From Nemertoderma westbladi (Eukaryota > Animalia > Xenacoelomorpha): a stretch of 64,000 bases of DNA. The DNA is taken from contig JAUCBJ010007562.1 of NCBI GenBank assembly GCA_032718475.1, forward strand, positions 1-64,000. Reading direction: 5' to 3'. Of the stretch, positions 52,941 to 64,000 are shown one piece after another. Made by a program: the position numbers and the translations under genes. The notes under the pieces are model-generated. The model searched no databases. It was not told where the DNA came from and saw nothing but the letters and a program-made list of their open reading frames with translations. Position 1 is the stretch's first letter, and the number at the start of each line of letters is the position of its first letter.

Positions 52941-52987
52941 CGCTTCGAATGTCTGCTCTCGACTTCTGACAACTTCTCGTAGAAGAC
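52908..52987 (-). CDS. Internal coding exon (xGT + LLREVVRSREQTFEALSRQPTEVPQT); 3' end placed at the first of many possible donors
   Basis: Acceptor caattttcatttatag| at 52989-52988; 80 nt (2 + 26 codons) ending ACG|GTAAGT in phase 0, matching the phase-0 start of the 26240 exon. Confidence 0.65.
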
Positions 52988-53237
52988 CTATAAATGAAAA
53001 TTGTTTGATCATTATATATTATGTCACAGTAATAATAATAGTAATGTATACGCCCCATAAAACCGGGAGTTTATTTATTCTGTTTCGAAAACCTCCCAGT
53101 TTTTTATTAATAATTTTAAATTGTTTTGTTTCTTTTCAAAATCCCAAGTTTTTAGAAAACAATCGCAATTACAACGCATTTAAATTTCATTTTAATTATA
53201 TATATACACAATAAATGTTACAGGCAGTAAATACAAA

Positions 53238-53274
53238 TACGAGGTTTCGGGTCCAGCAGGCACCATTATCAAGC
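53238..53274 (-). other. Degenerate hammerhead-ribozyme-like motif (Penelope-like-element type remnant)
   Basis: Minus strand cTTGATAAt-GGT(G)CC-tgct-GGACC-cGAAAc: core-like boxes flank a stem II hairpin, but stems I and III are not convincing. Confidence 0.25.
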
Positions 53275-53566
53275 GCAATAATTTTTATTGTCCGTTTAAA
53301 TCCTTTTTTTGTCCTTTTATTTTTTTATTTTTTATGTCCTCCAAAAATCTAATGTTAGGTTCCATGCTACCGGTTTCTCTACTGCTGTTCTCTCAGGCTA
53401 TCAGTACCGGTATTAGTATATATAGCTATTTTGCTGTATTGTATGTACAGATGTAGGTATAAAGCAGGTATTTCTGTATTTTAGTACCGGTACCGGCACC
53501 GGTACTACTGTAGGCCTACTGTGTAGCCTACCATTTAAATACTGTACTGGTAGGCCTAACGGCTGA

Positions 53567-54388
53567 CCGGTTATTTTGGTTAGAAAATGCCGCCTCTGTA
53601 ACCTGCTCCTTTCCCTCAATTAGTTAAGTGATCGTTTATTGTTTTGGTTAGGAAATCAACGCCTCTGTAACCTGCTCCTTTCTCTCAATTGGTAATGTTA
53701 TCGTTTATTGTTTTGGTTTGAAAATCCCGTCTCTGTAACCTGCTCCTTTCCCTGATTTGGTAAAGTGACTGTTTATTGTTTTGGTTAGAAAATCCCGCCT
53801 CTGTAACCTGCTCCTTTCCCTCAATTAGTTAAGTGATCGTTTATTGTTTTGGTTAGGAAATCCCGCCTCTGTAACCTGCTCCTTTCTCTCAATTGGTAAT
53901 GTTATCGCTTATTGTTTTGGCTAGAAAATCCCGTCTCTGTAACCTGCTCCTTTCCCTGATTTGGTAAAGTGACTGTTTATTGTTTTGGTTAGAAAATCCC
54001 GCCTCTGTAACCTGCTCCTTTCCCTCAATTAGTTAAATGATCGTTTATTGTTTTGGTTAGGAAATCCCGTCTCTGTAACCTGCTCCTTTCCCTGATTTGG
54101 TAAAGTGACTGTTTATTGTTTTGGTTAGAAAATCCCGCCTCTGTAACCTGCTCCTTTCCCTCAATTAGTTAAATGATCGCTTATTGTTTTGGTTAGGAAA
54201 TCCCGTCTCTGTAACCTGCTCCTTTCCCTGATTTGGTAAAGTGACTGTTTATTGTTTTGGTTAGAAAATCCCGCCTCTGTAACCTGCTCCTTTCCCTCAA
54301 TTAGTTAAATGATCGTTTATTGTTTTGGTTAGGAAATCCCGTCTCTGTAACCTGCTCCTTTCCCTGATTTGGTAAAGTGACTGTTTAT
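53567..54388. repeat. 68-bp minisatellite, ~12 copies, with alternating variants
   Basis: gtttattgttttggtt...ctctgtaacctgctcctttcc recurs at 53771, 53839, 53907 and so on. Confidence 0.95.
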
Positions 54389-54697
54389 TATAATAATAAT
54401 AATAATAATTTCTTTTTATTCGCAAAAACTCCGCAACAAGTTAAAAAACCGCACAGAGGCAGCCTAACAGAATAAGATCCCATTATAGCTGATTATTACG
54501 CGAATAAAGCGTCACAACCTACGATTTAATTTGTACTATAAAATTAACATACAGTAGGTTTAGTACTCAACTAATCTATAATAATGTACTGTACAATATG
54601 TACACAGTACCTTAAGCACAAACTTCGATCAAACTCGTTAGCCAGCTGTCTCCGGCATATATTTGTTTAAATTTATAGTCATATTAGTGTGTTTAAT

Positions 54698-57600
54698 TTA
54701 TGTTATGTCGTCACGTGAGTACATTTTGTAAAATTCCTTCTTTAGTTTATTTGTAAATTTGCTATATGACTTTGTTTCGCGAATATTTAAATTTAGAGAA
54801 TTCCACAGTCTCGTACTACTAACCATCACGCTGTTGTATCCAAATTTTGTTTTTGTTTTTGGTACTTTGATACGGAATGTTCTTTTATTTATGTTTTTAT
54901 TTTGCCTTTTATAATTTTTAAGGAAAGCAATACTTAGATTTTTAAATGGTGTTGATAAATCGAAAAAATATTTAAAGAAGTATTTTAGTACGTAGAAATT
55001 TCTAAGTGCTTGTAAGTGGGGTAATTTTGCCTTAGTGCGTAATTCTGTCCCAGTGGCATCTCTGATTTTTTTGCAGTAGACAGTACGTAGCCCGTAGTTT
55101 TGAATTTTATCTAGCCCGTAAAGTAATTCTTTGTACCCGTGTGTCATATGTAGTGGTGTAATAATTTCACAGCAGTAATTATGTAGTGGTAGGACAGTAG
55201 CCTTATACACTGTTAGTTTCGTGTTAGTAGGTAATTGACCTTTAATAAGTCTTAAACATGATACTGCATGGGTCATTTTCTCAGCAATCAATTTTATTTG
55301 TGGCTTCCAAGTAATTTTATTATCAATTATTATTCCTAGGTATTTAAATTGCAAGCTCTGTTTAACGGTTGCTTTTCCTATGTGCAGGTTAATTTTTTCT
55401 ATCTCATTTGTTCTAGAATGTGGAGTTATTAAAATAAATTCAGTTTTTTCGGGATTTAGTTGCATTTTTAAACTTGAAAAGGTACTATCTATTTTTAATA
55501 TACGATTTGATAAAGTTTGGGTAGCAGCGATCGGATCCGGTCCTGATGCAAAGATGAGAGTGTCGTCAGCGTATTGAGTGATGTTAAGGTCTTCAGATTC
55601 AGCAATTTCGTTGACGTATATGAGGAACATAAGTGTTCCTACGTGTTCCTTGCGGAATTCCCCGTTCAGTCTGTTCCCAACTGGAGAAGTTACCGTTGAG
55701 CTTAACCCTTTGTTTTCGTTGGCAAAGGTAGTCTTTCATTAGGGAGACATCAGTCGAATGGAGACCAATTTCTTTTAATTTTAGAAGAAGAATATGATGA
55801 TTCAACGAATCGAAAGCCTTACTTAGATCTAGTGAAGCTACAGCCACGTGATTTCCTCGTCAAGTTTTGATCGCCAATTCTCAGTTGCGTATAATCAATC
55901 GCATCCTTAGTAGAAAAAGATTTCCGAAAACCAAACTGTTTGCTAGGGAGTAGTTTATTTTTAGTTATGTATGTGATTAATTGTATATAGATGACACGCT
56001 CATATATTTTTGCAAATGAGGAAGTTACAGAAATAGGTCTATAATTTTCAGGTATTTCTTTGTCTCCTTTTTTGTACACCGGGGTTACTTCTGCTAATTT
56101 AAGTCTATCAGGGAATTGAGATTTAGTTATAGATTGGTTAATTAAATGAGTCATGATAAATATTATTTTAGGGGAAATTAATTTTATTATTTTCGGGGGC
56201 ACCTTTGAAGGACCAGGCGATTTATTCTCATTAAGTTTTGAGATTATATCGGAAACAGTAATCGCATCAATGTTTTTGAAACTGAAATTGTTAATTAAAT
56301 CTTGATGTTTTTTACTTGTTTCATACGGAATGTCCTGTAATCCCAGAAAATTTCCTAGATTTAGATACGTTTTGTTAAACAATGATGCCATTGCTATTGG
56401 TTTGTTTATTATCCTTTTTAATTTTTCATCCCGTAAGGAGTGAATTTTGCACGATGGACTCTCTTTATTGAGAATGTTATTTATAATTTTCCACTTTTTA
56501 CGGGATGAGCTTTCAGAAATGAATTTAGATTTTATAAACTTGTTCTTAGCAGCCCTATTTGCATTATTAAATTTGTTCCTATTAAATTTGAAAATACCAA
56601 AATCTGAATCCAGTTTAGTCCTACGCCAATTTACCATTGACTGTGATTTTTAATTTTGCAGTTCTTCCAATTTATCGTTCCACCATGGGCGATTAGTATT
56701 TTTATTGTTTTGGTTATGGCGTTGTTTCATTAGTTTTCTTTTAATCGGGGCATGTTTTTCAATAATTTTTTCTAACACATCTTCAAATAAATTAAAAGCT
56801 AAGTTTATATCATTATGCTGATAAACGTTAGTCCAATCTATTTTATTTATATCTGACAAAAACATTTTTTCTGAGAAACTACTGTAGTCCCTATAAGATA
56901 CCCAGTTGCCAGTGTTGGACGCGTTCATTTTGTTTAGTTTAGAATTTATCTTAAATGTTACGAATTCATGATCTGAGAAGTAACATGGAAATGTGTTGCT
57001 CTCCGTTCTATCTAATGAAAACGAAGTAATAAAAAGGTCCAACAGGGTGTCAATTGTTTTGCCATAACGTGTAGGATTCTTTTAATCAGCTATAGAGAGT
57101 CCATATTGGCCCAAGATTGTTTTAAAATCTTCAACTTTTTTATCGGTGGAATTTAATATATTTATATTAAAATCTCCCATTATCACAATTTTCTTACTCG
57201 TAGAATTAATAGCACTTTCTAGTTCATCATTAAATTGATTTATGAAGAGTGATGAATTTTTTGGTGGGCTGTATACTAGCCCAACAATAAATTCATTACT
57301 AACTTCTATCCAAATTGAATCATATTTATTTGTAGTTTTGGTTAATTTAATATCTGCTCGTACTTGATGATTAACACTGTCGGGTATATAGATAAGTACA
57401 CCTCCCCCTTTTTATTACGTCTATCAGCTCGATATAAATTGTAGCCAGCCAACTTGACACTTCTATTTATTTGGTACGTTTTTTTTAAGCCATGACTCAG
57501 TCACACCTATAATTAGATTGTCATCTATACTGGTTAATATGTCTTTTAATTCCGAGTAGTTTTTGACGATACTTCTGGCATTTAAAAGTAAAAATTTGGT

Positions 57601-58644
57601 TTGGTTTTTATTTTCTAGCAAGTAGTCTCTCACATTATTTAGATGTTGTCTATTTTTTCCAAACTTAATTTTATATTTATTATTACTTTTAGGATCAATG
57701 TAGTTTATGTTTGGCGTCGGGCCAGGGTTCTTGTGAACATCTCCAGCACGGTTTATTATAGTTATGATGGTGTGCGAAATAATAATAATATCTGTAATAT
57801 AAAATATATATCGCATGAAAATAATAATATAACATTTTATGAAAACAGATGTATTTCTTTTCATAATTTGTCTTACTGAATTGCGTTCTTTGTTTGTAAT
57901 TTTGTGTCCTAGTTTCGAGTGATGTCTTTTTTGTATTCCTATTATATTCGTTTGCCAAGTTGAGTAAATTAATATTAAAATTATTAGCCGTTGTGGCGAA
58001 TATATATTGTAATGCTGTGAACGTAGTATTACAATATATGTCACTATAGTAGTTATGAATAAGAGTGTGAAATGTACAAATGGACTTCCCGCAAACAAAT
58101 GGCAGTTAATATTTATTTTTATATTAAGGGAGATGTGTATCAAGTTACCAATTAATGCATATAAAAATATAAATCTGTAATTATTTTTGTTACCTGATAC
58201 AACACGGCTTATATGACATTTTTTATTAAAATAATTATATATTTCAGAAAAATATTTTGGGTAAAATGCTTCATAAATTGCCGCATAATGAATTATGTAT
58301 CCTATTTTATAAATGGTGCTAATGACAGTTGCCAGGTACTGGGGGCTAACGAGGAAGATCAAAATAACTATAAAATAATCAATAACACAGTATTTATCAT
58401 TATCAATAAAATATTGTACTTGTACATGGGATCTGTATGAGTACAATGTGGGGAATCGAAATTGTGTACCGGTACCGGTAATGCTGCTTGTGCGGTTATT
58501 ACATACATTTAAAGAAATTATATCGCAATAATTGGACCGGTAGATACATGTACCGGTATATATTTGAATATTATTTTTGCAGTAAAATAATAAAATTACC
58601 ATAAAAGTAAAAATAAAATTTATCATTGGATGATAAACGAACAT
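54698..58644 (-). pseudogene. LINE ORF2 (hydrophobic N-terminal extension, 2A-like motif, APE endonuclease, RT), multiply frameshifted
   Basis: GDVHKNPGP; LLNARSI; IGVTESWL; FSDHE; KSPGP; VTPVYKKG...ENYRPIS; KQFGFRK; LDLSKAFDSLNH; GIPQG; QYADD; FKYLGI; TRLWNSL. Confidence 0.88.
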
Positions 58645-58751
58645 TATAAAATGGTCATTTCGTTTGATATTATTAATCAATTAGTTTGCCTCTAGCTGAA
58701 AATAAAAGATGATGAACATTATATAAAGAATATATAAATGAATATATATAT

Positions 58752-59457
58752 TTAGACACTGATATTACCGTGGGCTGTGATGGCCCTTATTAGGGCTATT
58801 GCCGAATCAACTAACGGGTTACCGGCGTTGCTGTTCAGCCCTCTGTCCGAACTAACTGTGTTGGATTGATTTGCCGCAAAAAAATCAAAATAATAGGGCT
58901 GATCGAATTGTCGATGCGGTGTAGCGATGAATGGTTGATGGATATTCCGGTACATTGCCGTGGGTTGTTGCAAGTTGGTCGATTTACGAGGGTACTCATG
59001 GTGGAATTGCTGCGTATCTGCAGGTGTAGGATGATATTTCCACGCAGATGCCGGGGGCAATTGCCTGTTATGTTGCAAGCGATAATTTCCTCCCCCTCTA
59101 TTCATCAGAGGTGGTTGGGGGTAGGAAGTTTGTTTAAATTGATGCGGGTTCGAGCAGCGATATTCGGACGGAACGGAACTATTCGTCTGCTGCTTGTGTG
59201 CGTGAGGTCCATGTATTTGCAGCTTTATATTTCTCGCAAGTATTCCAATATATTTTGCGGCGATATGTTTGGTGTCAAATAAGTGTGATCTTTTAATATT
59301 CGACTGCTCAACCAATCTAACACCGACCTTTTGACATAGCTTCCGGATTTCTCCGTTGATTGCGTCTACATTGACATCCGAACGAGTGATAATCTCAGAA
59401 ACGTGGATATCGCAAAGAGGCCACTTTTTGCGAATAGTCTCGATACTTTCGTGTGCA
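58752..59457 (-). pseudogene. LINE ORF1 C-terminal part: SGNH/esterase-like domain plus Pro/Gln-rich tail
   Basis: IHVSEIITRSD...INGEIRKLC...HLFDTKHI...GILARNIK resembles the DxxH-containing end of LINE ORF1 esterases. The ORF-track N-terminus (59458-59690) reads into unrelated sequence. Confidence 0.65.
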
Positions 59458-60399
59458 GCCATTCCAAGCAAAAGTAAACCTTTTGGTGAAAAATGAAAGT
59501 ACTTAGAAATGCATTTATTTTGTATTGAGTGTGTAGCACACATATTGTGCTTCATAAAACTGCTTTCAAATGTTCCATAACCCTCGCCAATTTTTTTTAC
59601 GGCGTCCGCAAAATGTGATTTAAAAAATGCCAAAAATTCAATATTTTTGGCATAATTACATACAAACCAAAATGGCATGATAATTACCAAACTGGCAATG
59701 TCATATGTTTTTCAGAATCTTATATCTATGTAGTAAATAGCCATGTCGGTTAAATAATGTACAACTAATAAATATTTTTCTAATAGCATTGTAATGAGTG
59801 GATGGAAAATATGTCACGACCGTTACGCTGAAGAACAAGTTTTTCCAATATCTCCATATCCCCGGCATTAATGGTTATAATCTTTTATATCTATCGTTAG
59901 GTGGTTCGTATCAATTGTTTGAGTCATATAGTTTAACTTGACTGTATGTTCCAGTTGTAGTAATCAGCGTAACGGTCGTGACATTAACATGTGGGAAATG
60001 GGAATATTAGCATAGCATGTATAATTCAAGGAACGAAAGGTCGTCTTTTTTACTCTCCATTTAGATTACATTTTGGAATATGATTCCACACAAAGTGATA
60101 ATTGAAATATTGGGTGTACAAAGGTTTCTTCTTAACCTATAATGTGCAATAAGAGCACTTATGACCGTAACGGTTGTGACACAAACTTAGGAATCATTAT
60201 TATACAGTATAAATTAATTTGTATCATTTACAAACATCATTTACATATCATACCACTGCTGCAGTGGGATGTAATTATAATTATACTGTAATCAGGTAGT
60301 ACACATAATAACCAAAATATCAGCTTACAATACTACATAGAACAGTAGAACCAGAAAGTATGGCTGCTTACATATAATCTGCAAAATTTGAAAAATTAT

Positions 60400-61404
60400 G
60401 TTTATTTACTCTTGCACTTTTCATTTTAGCACCGAACATTGTAGGTGTATTCAACTGCGGAATTTAAAAAGCCTTCCATTGAAATCAGCGCACCAGACAG
60501 CCAGAAAACCTGTATGTAATAGAAATAAACACCATTCCTACAAGTCTAGTTGTTTTCACTAATTTGAAAAAATGCTGTTTACTTGCACTTTTCATTTTAG
60601 CACCAAAATGCTGAAATGGTAGGTATGTTCAACCAGTCAACTGCGGAATTTAAAAAGCCTTCCATTGAAATCGGCGTACCAGAACAGCAGGAAAAACTGT
60701 ATGTAATAGAGAAAGAAACACAATTCGTACAATTCTAGTTGTTTTCACTAATTTTAAAAATGCTGGTTACTTGCACTTTTCATTTTAGCACCAAAAATGG
60801 TATGTCAGTAGATGTGTTCAACTGCGGAATTTAAAAAGCCTTCTATTGAAATCGGCGTACCAGAAAACCTGTATGTAATTGAAATAAATACCATTCCTAC
60901 AATTCTTATTGTTTCAACTAATTTTAAAAATGCTGGTTACTTGCACTTTTCATTTTAGCACCAAAAATGGCAGGTCGGTAGATGCGTTCAACTGCGGAAT
61001 TTAAAAAGCCTTCCATTGAAATTGGCGTACCAGAAAACCTGTATGTAATTGAAATAAATACCATTCCTACAATTCTTATTGTTTTCACTAATTTGAAAAA
61101 TGCTGGTTACTTGCACTTTTCAATTTAGCACCAAAAATGGTAGGTGTGTTCAACTGCGGAATTTAAAAAGCCTTCCATTTAAATCAGCGCACCAGAAAAC
61201 CTGTATGTAATTGAAATAAACACCATTCCTACAAGTCTAGTTGTTTTCATTAATTTGAAAAATGCTGTTTACTTGCACTTTTCATTTTAGCGCCAAAAAT
61301 AGTAGATGTGTTCAACTGCGGAATTTAAAAAGCCTTCCATTGAAATCGGCGCACCAGAAAACCTATAAGTAATTGAAATAAATACCATTCCTACAAGTCT
61401 AGTT
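60400..61404. repeat. ~170-bp tandem repeat (6 copies, period 162-188 bp); the array continues at 63608-63735 after the LTR insertion
   Basis: cttgcactttt at 60411, 60582, 60770, 60940, 61110, 61272 and 63642. Confidence 0.92.
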
Positions 61405-63607
61405 TGTTACGGTATATGGCGCTGTATCCACATTATTAGTCATTATGCAGTATAATATATTAGTTCGTTATACTGTACGCAATATTAGTCCGTTGTGCAG
61501 CATAATATTTTAGATAAGGCATAATAGCGCAATGATATTTAGATAGGGAAATCAAAACGCCCATATATTTGAATTCATCCATTTTGTATAATATGTAGCC
61601 CTACCTACGTAATTTTGTATTAGGATATATGTAGATAGTTCCAGGGTAGCAAGTTTAGTCGGACCCTGGATTTTGTGCTTGCTGATATTAGCATCAATAG
61701 GGCTAGCATATAGGGACGCTGTCCTGGCCATTCAGCAGCCAGGGACATGATCCATTACCATATATGGTAATAATTTGAGGTTTGGGCAGCAATAGGGCTA
61801 CAATCCGGCCTCCTTATTGGACTAACTGCTTCCAGGTTGGTCTAATGCTAGCGCGGACTGGAGAGCCAATAGGAGAGTGATTGAGTCACCCTATTGCATC
61901 ACCCCACTCGGATCACCTATCAATTGGCGGTTTGCCGGTAGAGCTTTACCTGTACTTGCTTAGCTGTCCCTTACAACCAACCTTAACCCTTATTCACTTA
62001 CAATCCTTAGAAGTATAATTTAGCGTATTTCTGCAATTTTTTATCTTTCGATTAATTTCTCAAAATGATTTGCTAGTGCGATTATTCTTAATTGCGTTTC
62101 TCAATCAACCCTATCGATTACTGCTAATTACAATCGGAACTATGATTTCTACCTTTTGTTAATGGTTCTATGTGATTCCTTTCTACGCAATAATCCTAAG
62201 GGATTTCTGAGACTGTCAGACTTTGTGATTTGCATGCGCCGCTACGGTAGCTATTAGCATAATGGAGGGCTAAGGTGCCAGTAGGCGGTGGGCACATCGG
62301 GGGGTTGAGCGACTAAGGGAGAGCGGAGGATTCAAAGGCGGGCAAGCTGGCTAGGGGTCACCGTTGCGGTCGGGCATTTTGCGCTGTAGCACGCAGACCA
62401 TTCGCCGATACAGTAACTAGGGGGCTGATGATCCAGGTTTCGTCTCTGTTTAGTATTAGGGGGGGAGGAATCGGGTTAGTTAGGAAGCCTAGATGTATCC
62501 GGGAGGGGCCTGCGCGTATTACAGCGTGGAGTGTGAAGTACGAATAGTGAGTCGCACAACTGTGGGCTATACAGTAGTTAGCTGCATAATTGCGAACTGT
62601 GATTGCTGATGCTGATTGGTGTGTTACTGGAGTGTGCCTATGATTATGAATGTTTAGGTAGGCGCCCTTTTCTCTTTGATTGATTTCTATTTCTTAGTTA
62701 CAACAATTAGTTACTGATTAGGTCAAAGTAATACGGCAATTTAGGCTATTACTAGCGAAACCTGTTGCGTAATAAATTAGAATTACGCATTCTGGAACTC
62801 TTAGTAATTAGTACGCTGTTACATATTTGTGACTGTAATTGATTAATAATTTTTTTTAGATAAATAAATTTATAAATTAGCACGCAGCATAGCGGAGAGT
62901 AGCTAAAGTAATAATTAGAGTACTGTAAACTATTCACGCTGAGCGGTTATTTGCATTAGCGGGCAATCAGCTAGATCGCACTATTCAGTACGCACAATAC
63001 GCTAGTAATTTGCTGGCCTAAAGCCAGCGGCAGGCAAGTTTAGACCCGGAGCGGTATTATCCGCGTAGAAACAAATACTGTACCATTTTGATATTTTAAA
63101 TATTCTCGCATTCACACATTATGTTAGGGAACCCCCAGTATTCGCGATTAGAAAAGGCGTAGGCAATAGCGTGCTTTAATAGTGATAAAATTAGGCGTAA
63201 GAATACTCTGAGTGCAAAGCCCCTCGCACTCGTCTTAAGTAAGCTTAGGGAGCCGACTCGGGTTTATTGTTTTGGTTATTCCCGCGTGGCTCATAGATTC
63301 GAACAGTTAGCTCTCTGTCGAGCGATCGGTAGAGAAAGGAACAAGCGATTTTGCAGGAGCTGTGTAAATTTAGTAAAATATATTATGGACGGCAGATTAG
63401 CGCCATCTAACGATAAGTAGCTGATTTGTATTTAGCAACCTTTACAATTTAGTAATAGCACACTCCTGACCCCCTTTACTTAACAGTAGAGCAGTCTTTG
63501 TGTCTTATTGGTTAGACGAGAACTTATTAGGTTGGCAGAAGGATATTAACGGGTATTTGTCTGTTCAACAGTTCTGCTGTTAGTATAGAGGTCGCAGTTG
63601 TTTATCA
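61405..63607. mobile_element. Solo LTR (2203 bp), TG...CA ends, 5-bp target-site duplication TAGTT
   Basis: caagtc-TAGTT-[TGTTAC...TTATCA]-TAGTT-gttttcattaatttgaaaa. Removing the insert and one TAGTT restores the 170-bp repeat unit. No coding capacity and no paired LTRs seen. Confidence 0.82.
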
Positions 63608-64000
63608 TAGTTGTTTTCATTAATTTGAAAAATACTTGTTACTTGCACTTTTCATTTTAGCACCAAAAATGGTAGATGTGTTCAATTGCGGAATGTAAAA
63701 AGCCTTCTATTAAAATCAGCGTACAAGAAAACCTGCCTGAAATCGATATCAATACCTAACTCTAATATCTTACCATTTTTTGAAATTCAGATTTATGTGA
63801 AAATCGATAATGTCACAACCGTTACGAAACTATGTCACGACCGTTACGCTGGTTAATTGATTGCCACATTCTCTAATGATACTATATTGCCATACTGTTA
63901 ATTTCATTTTAAACTCTATCTATTAACATGTTAGTCTGACATAAGTAACGCTAAATAAGTACAGTAAATTCGATAGAAATTGATATTGTGTAGGAGTCTC

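Larger units (their letters stand above)
54387..59457 (-). mobile_element. L2/CR1-group (Crack/Daphne-like) LINE, nearly full length, 5' end of ORF1 interrupted; AATAAA + (ATT)n tail
   Basis: ORF1 esterase, APE, RT, 3' UTR, then aataaaaagaa(att)n at ~54420-54387 on the minus strand. Confidence 0.88.
59458..64000. mobile_element. Probable DNA transposon (non-coding part; superfamily unresolved) interrupting LINE ORF1 and running off the window
   Basis: Abrupt loss of ORF1 similarity near 59457; the motif TGTCAC(G/A)ACCGTTACG occurs five times in both orientations (59812, 59966, 60166, 63811, 63833); internal ~170-bp repeats. No transposase and no second terminus seen. Confidence 0.45.

Noticed and set aside
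26591-52969. Giant plus-strand ORFs (up to 3237 aa) of LQLVVDLPFEV repeats and the many RYFSWLSTY ORFs
   Set aside because: They start at TTG inside the repeat, have no unique N-terminal domain or flanking exon structure, and are broken by frameshifts. A stop-free 33-bp unit gives long ORFs automatically. The flanking exon evidence points to the minus strand.
26544-52987. One giant mucin-like coding exon (TEVPQTVSRQP x ~800)
   Set aside because: Frequent in-frame TAA and TGA-TAA variants (first at 52599) and five frameshifts prevent full-length translation. Stop-codon reassignment is not supported, since both TAA and TGA would need recoding.
59458-59690. N-terminal part of the 312-aa ORF 58752-59690
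   Set aside because: Chance read-through into the inserted element; ORF1-like sequence begins only near 59457.
60400-61404. 170-bp repeats as tandem duplicated exons (ttttcattttag| ... |gtatgt)
   Set aside because: Candidate exon lengths and phases are inconsistent between copies and most frames contain stops; the repeats lie inside a probable transposon.

Overview
Eukaryotic (probably invertebrate animal) genomic DNA, about 75% tandem repeat, with no prokaryotic features. From left to right: a 5'-truncated, frameshifted RTE-type LINE (minus strand, (TAG)n tail); 62/82-bp tandem repeats joined directly to a ~20-kb array of a 43-bp satellite; a second RTE RT fragment; several minisatellites (23, 13, 42 and 50 bp) and two tRNA-derived SINE heads; then the last three exons of an unidentified minus-strand spliced gene (52987-52908, 26240-26139, 25416-25309, phase-consistent). 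The most striking structure is a ~26.3-kb array of ~800 x 33-bp units that grows out of the end of the 52987 exon. On the gene's strand each unit reads TEVPQT-VSRQP and carries a phase-0 5' splice-site sequence (ACG|GTAAGT), so it is a tandem array of in-frame candidate donors, with in-frame stops appearing only after the 10th. The very long plus-strand 'LQLVVDLPFEV' ORFs are most likely its antisense shadow. The right end holds a 68-bp minisatellite and a decayed L2/CR1-group LINE (esterase ORF1; ORF2 with a 2A-like GDVHKNPGP motif preceded by a ~300-codon hydrophobic extension). A probable DNA transposon with ~170-bp internal repeats truncates that LINE, and a 2.2-kb solo LTR with a 5-bp TSD is inserted in it. 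All calls were made by eye, without database searches.
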